This document shows positions 61,671-64,000 of a DNA stretch of 64,000 nucleotides, piece after piece. The DNA comes from an uncultured bacterium (GTDB lineage Bacteria > Acidobacteriota > Thermoanaerobaculia > Multivoradales > JAHZIX01). Position 1 is the stretch's first letter. Each line of letters begins with the position of its first letter. The DNA lies in assembly GCA_965368975.1 (NCBI GenBank), contig CBDUPA010000009.1:199867-263866 (forward strand), read 5' to 3'. The position numbers and the translations under genes are program-made. Below the pieces are notes generated by a model. It had not been told where the DNA came from. It did not search any database and saw only the letters and a program-made list of their open reading frames with translations.

Positions 61671-61721
61671 ATCCGTTCATCCGGATGTATGGATGATGCC
61701 ATGAGGTGAGAGGGATGTCAA
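61671..61721 (-). promoter_or_regulatory. Promoter with overlapping palindromic operator for the sahR-like/ahcY operon
   Basis: TTGACA (61716-61721)-N17-CATCAT (61693-61698); 20/24 palindrome ATCCGTTCATCCGGATGTATGGAT 61671-61694. Confidence 0.7.
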
Positions 61722-61761
61722 GCTGCACGCGCCGCGCCATCGTCGGTTCCCTCGCCGGCCG

Positions 61762-61802
61762 AAAATAGAAAGCGGGCTCGACGTCCTGGACGCCGAGCCC
61801 GC
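61762..61802 (-). terminator. Intrinsic terminator
   Basis: GCGGGCTCGGCGTC/GACGTCGAGCCCGC stem followed by TTTCTATTTT on minus strand. Confidence 0.85.
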
Positions 61803-61832
61803 GCGTTTGCCGGTGTCTACCGTCTTCCTACC

Positions 61833-63002
61833 TCAAGGTAGGCAGAGCCCCACGGCGTTGCACTGACACTCGGTGGGTTCCGGTACGAACGACTGACAGA
61901 CGCTGCTCGCGTCGCACGCGGCTTGATTCTCGGCGTTGGGCGAAGAGAGCATGTAGCCGGAGGGACCGCAGAGCCCTTCATTGTTGCCGAACAGGGTGTC
62001 CATGATCGGCTCGGCGTTGCACAGGAAGATCTTCAACGACGACTGTTCGTCCTGGCAGTTGCGGAAGAGCCACAGATAGTCCAAGTCGGAAAGCCGCGGG
62101 AACATGGCCCGGTGCGAACTCTTGAGACCGATCAACTGCAAGACCGTGACTCGCTCCAGGCTCGGGAACACGAAGTCTCCGAGATTGGGGGCGTCTCCTA
62201 CCGTCAGCTCGCTGAAATCGTACTCGCCCCCGGCCGGCAGAATCTCCGTCAACTGCGAGAACGACATCTCGGTCAGCTGCGGTAGGTCAAAGACCACAAC
62301 GTACGAGATGGACTGCGATCCTCCGGCCAGGCGCCGCAGGTCGTTCATGGTGATGTGGCCAACGCTTTCGTTGTCCGCGATGAAGAGATACGCCTCCGCG
62401 TAGTCTTCCCAGGCTTCGATGGAGCGCAGCAGCGGAAACTCGACCGCTGGCAGCAACGGGTTGTAGCGCACCTGGACGTAGGCGCTTCCCGCTTCACTGG
62501 CGATGACTCGATCCAGTCTCGGTACGTTCAGCGTGGTCAACGAATCGTTGCCTTGCACCCGCAGGAAGGCCTCCCACTCATTGTTGACGATGGACGAGAG
62601 GTGCGGCAGATCGAGGCCGACCAGGGAAGGGTTGTTGCTGATATCGATGGCGCCCGCCGTGAACAGCGACGGCAGCGAAATACTGGCGATCGCGCCCGTG
62701 TAGTTGTACGTGATCCGCAAACGATTCTCGACGGACTGGAGATTTGGGAACGACACGGACAGAACATTCGAGTTGGCCCGAATGTCCACATTCTCCACGC
62801 TCTGGTGCGCGAAGACGTAGTGCCCCGAGTTGGCCGGACTCTGGGTGCAGCACGGAGAGCTGCAGCCCTGGTCTTGGAACAGCACGATGTCGTCGTCGCA
62901 CTGGGCTCCCGGTCCTCCCGCCTGACTGGAAACGCTGGGCACCATCACGAAGGCTGCCAAGGCCATGATCCCCAGGATCCTGAACCTGCTTGAAATCCAC
63001 AT
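61833..63002 (-). CDS. Secreted receptor-L/LRR-like repeat protein with Cys-rich caps
   Basis: GGAGGAG upstream; signal peptide; repeated xFPxLxxV...LxIxxNxxL units; Cys clusters at both ends. Confidence 0.75.
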   Translation of the reverse strand: MWISSRFRILGIMALAAFVMVPSVSSQAGGPGAQCDDDIVLFQDQGCSSPCCTQSPANSGHYVFAHQSVENVDIRANSNVLSVSFPNLQSVENRLRITYNYTGAIASISLPSLFTAGAIDISNNPSLVGLDLPHLSSIVNNEWEAFLRVQGNDSLTTLNVPRLDRVIASEAGSAYVQVRYNPLLPAVEFPLLRSIEAWEDYAEAYLFIADNESVGHITMNDLRRLAGGSQSISYVVVFDLPQLTEMSFSQLTEILPAGGEYDFSELTVGDAPNLGDFVFPSLERVTVLQLIGLKSSHRAMFPRLSDLDYLWLFRNCQDEQSSLKIFLCNAEPIMDTLFGNNEGLCGPSGYMLSSPNAENQAACDASSVCQSFVPEPTECQCNAVGLCLP

Positions 63003-63130
63003 ATCAATTCTCCTCCAAGGTAAGTGAGTAGACACTGCCCCATGGCAGGCCGCTTCAGATGAGCACACGAATCCCTACTCGTGCGCTGTGGCTATCCGGT
63101 TGGATAGCGACGAAGTTCGGGCGCCGATAT

Positions 63131-63168
63131 ACCAACAATCAGCCCCCCGAGCTTCTCGGAGGGCTGAT
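63131..63168 (-). terminator. Intrinsic terminator
   Basis: ATCAGCCCTCCGAG/CTCGGGGGGCTGAT stem followed by TGTTGGT on minus strand. Confidence 0.7.
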
Positions 63169-63181
63169 GTTGCGAGACGAT

Positions 63182-63766
63182 TCAGGGAGAAGAGCAGTCC
63201 CAGGGTGGCTCGAAAGCCTGCCGGCACTGATCGACCTGCTCCAGCGTCAGGTCGTAGCGGTAGAACTCCGGCAATGCTCCCGGCGAACCTTCCTGGTACT
63301 CGAAGTAGTAGCCGTACCAGGTGCCGTCGAACTGATCTTCCAGCCCGAAGCCGATCTGCGGCACGCCACCACTCTCGATGATGTACTCGACGTACTCGTA
63401 AGGCGTTCCCTGGTCGGCGTAGCACACGTAGTCGGGGTTCGAGATGTAGGTGATGCGCTCGAACAGCACTACAGGGTCCAGGAAGTCACACGTCGACGCT
63501 TCACAAGGCAACGTCGTCCCGGTCGAGGCCAGGAAGTCGCTCTTGAGGCTCTGACATTGAGTGCTGCCGTTGTTCTCGGGGGCCGTACAGTCGAGAGTTC
63601 CGCAGTACGACTGGCAAATCCCGAGAGCTTGGCCCGTCAAGCCAGCCTCGGTGCACACCGAGCTGGGCTGGGCAGCCTGCAGTGGCAGGGTCAGGCAGAG
63701 CATTGCGAGAGCGAGAGACCACCGCTGCCAGCACCGGTTGTTACGGTTCATCCATGTTTGTTTCAT
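63182..63766 (-). CDS. Secreted Cys-rich hypothetical protein
   Basis: GAGGAGG upstream; signal peptide ending LQA; 10 Cys in the mature part. Confidence 0.75.
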   Translation of the reverse strand: MKQTWMNRNNRCWQRWSLALAMLCLTLPLQAAQPSSVCTEAGLTGQALGICQSYCGTLDCTAPENNGSTQCQSLKSDFLASTGTTLPCEASTCDFLDPVVLFERITYISNPDYVCYADQGTPYEYVEYIIESGGVPQIGFGLEDQFDGTWYGYYFEYQEGSPGALPEFYRYDLTLEQVDQCRQAFEPPWDCSSP

Positions 63767-64000
63767 CTGCTGTATTCCTCCTCACGTGGAGACAGCAGAA
63801 TTCACGCGCACTCCGGCTGAGTCGAGTCCTGCTGCTCCCTAAATCAATGGATTCTCAGACCGAGAAATTCAGTTCCGAGAACCCCACCCTAGGCCAAGAA
63901 CCCATCTGACGCAACAGGAAGTTTAGAGAGTAAGGAAGCGGCCTACATGGTGGCTGTTTTGACACTCCGTGGTTATGCTGTCCGTGGGGGGGCTCTGATG

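Overview
GC-rich bacterial chromosomal window containing the replication origin region; gene content looks compatible with Acidobacteriota (inference only). Core loci are dnaA-oriC-dnaN-recF-gyrB-gyrA, ffs-dnaX-ybaB-recR, mutY, gltA, hrpB, sbcDC, serC and a SahR-like regulator with ahcY. No rRNA, tRNA, CRISPR array, transposase or integrase was recognised. The most notable unexplained elements are: (1) a ~200-nt structured, apparently non-coding transcript with its own promoter and terminator, back-to-back with dnaA where rpmH normally sits; (2) a four-gene module (unknown helical protein, Roadblock-like protein, signature-less mini ABC ATPase, CX5R phosphatase); (3) an SRP RNA extended to a ~227-nt rod; (4) a leaderless unknown-protein/PIN nuclease pair; (5) a B-box membrane gene broken by a 4-bp duplication; (6) two secreted Cys-rich proteins, one with receptor-L-like repeats. 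All calls come from reading motifs by eye; no database search was run.
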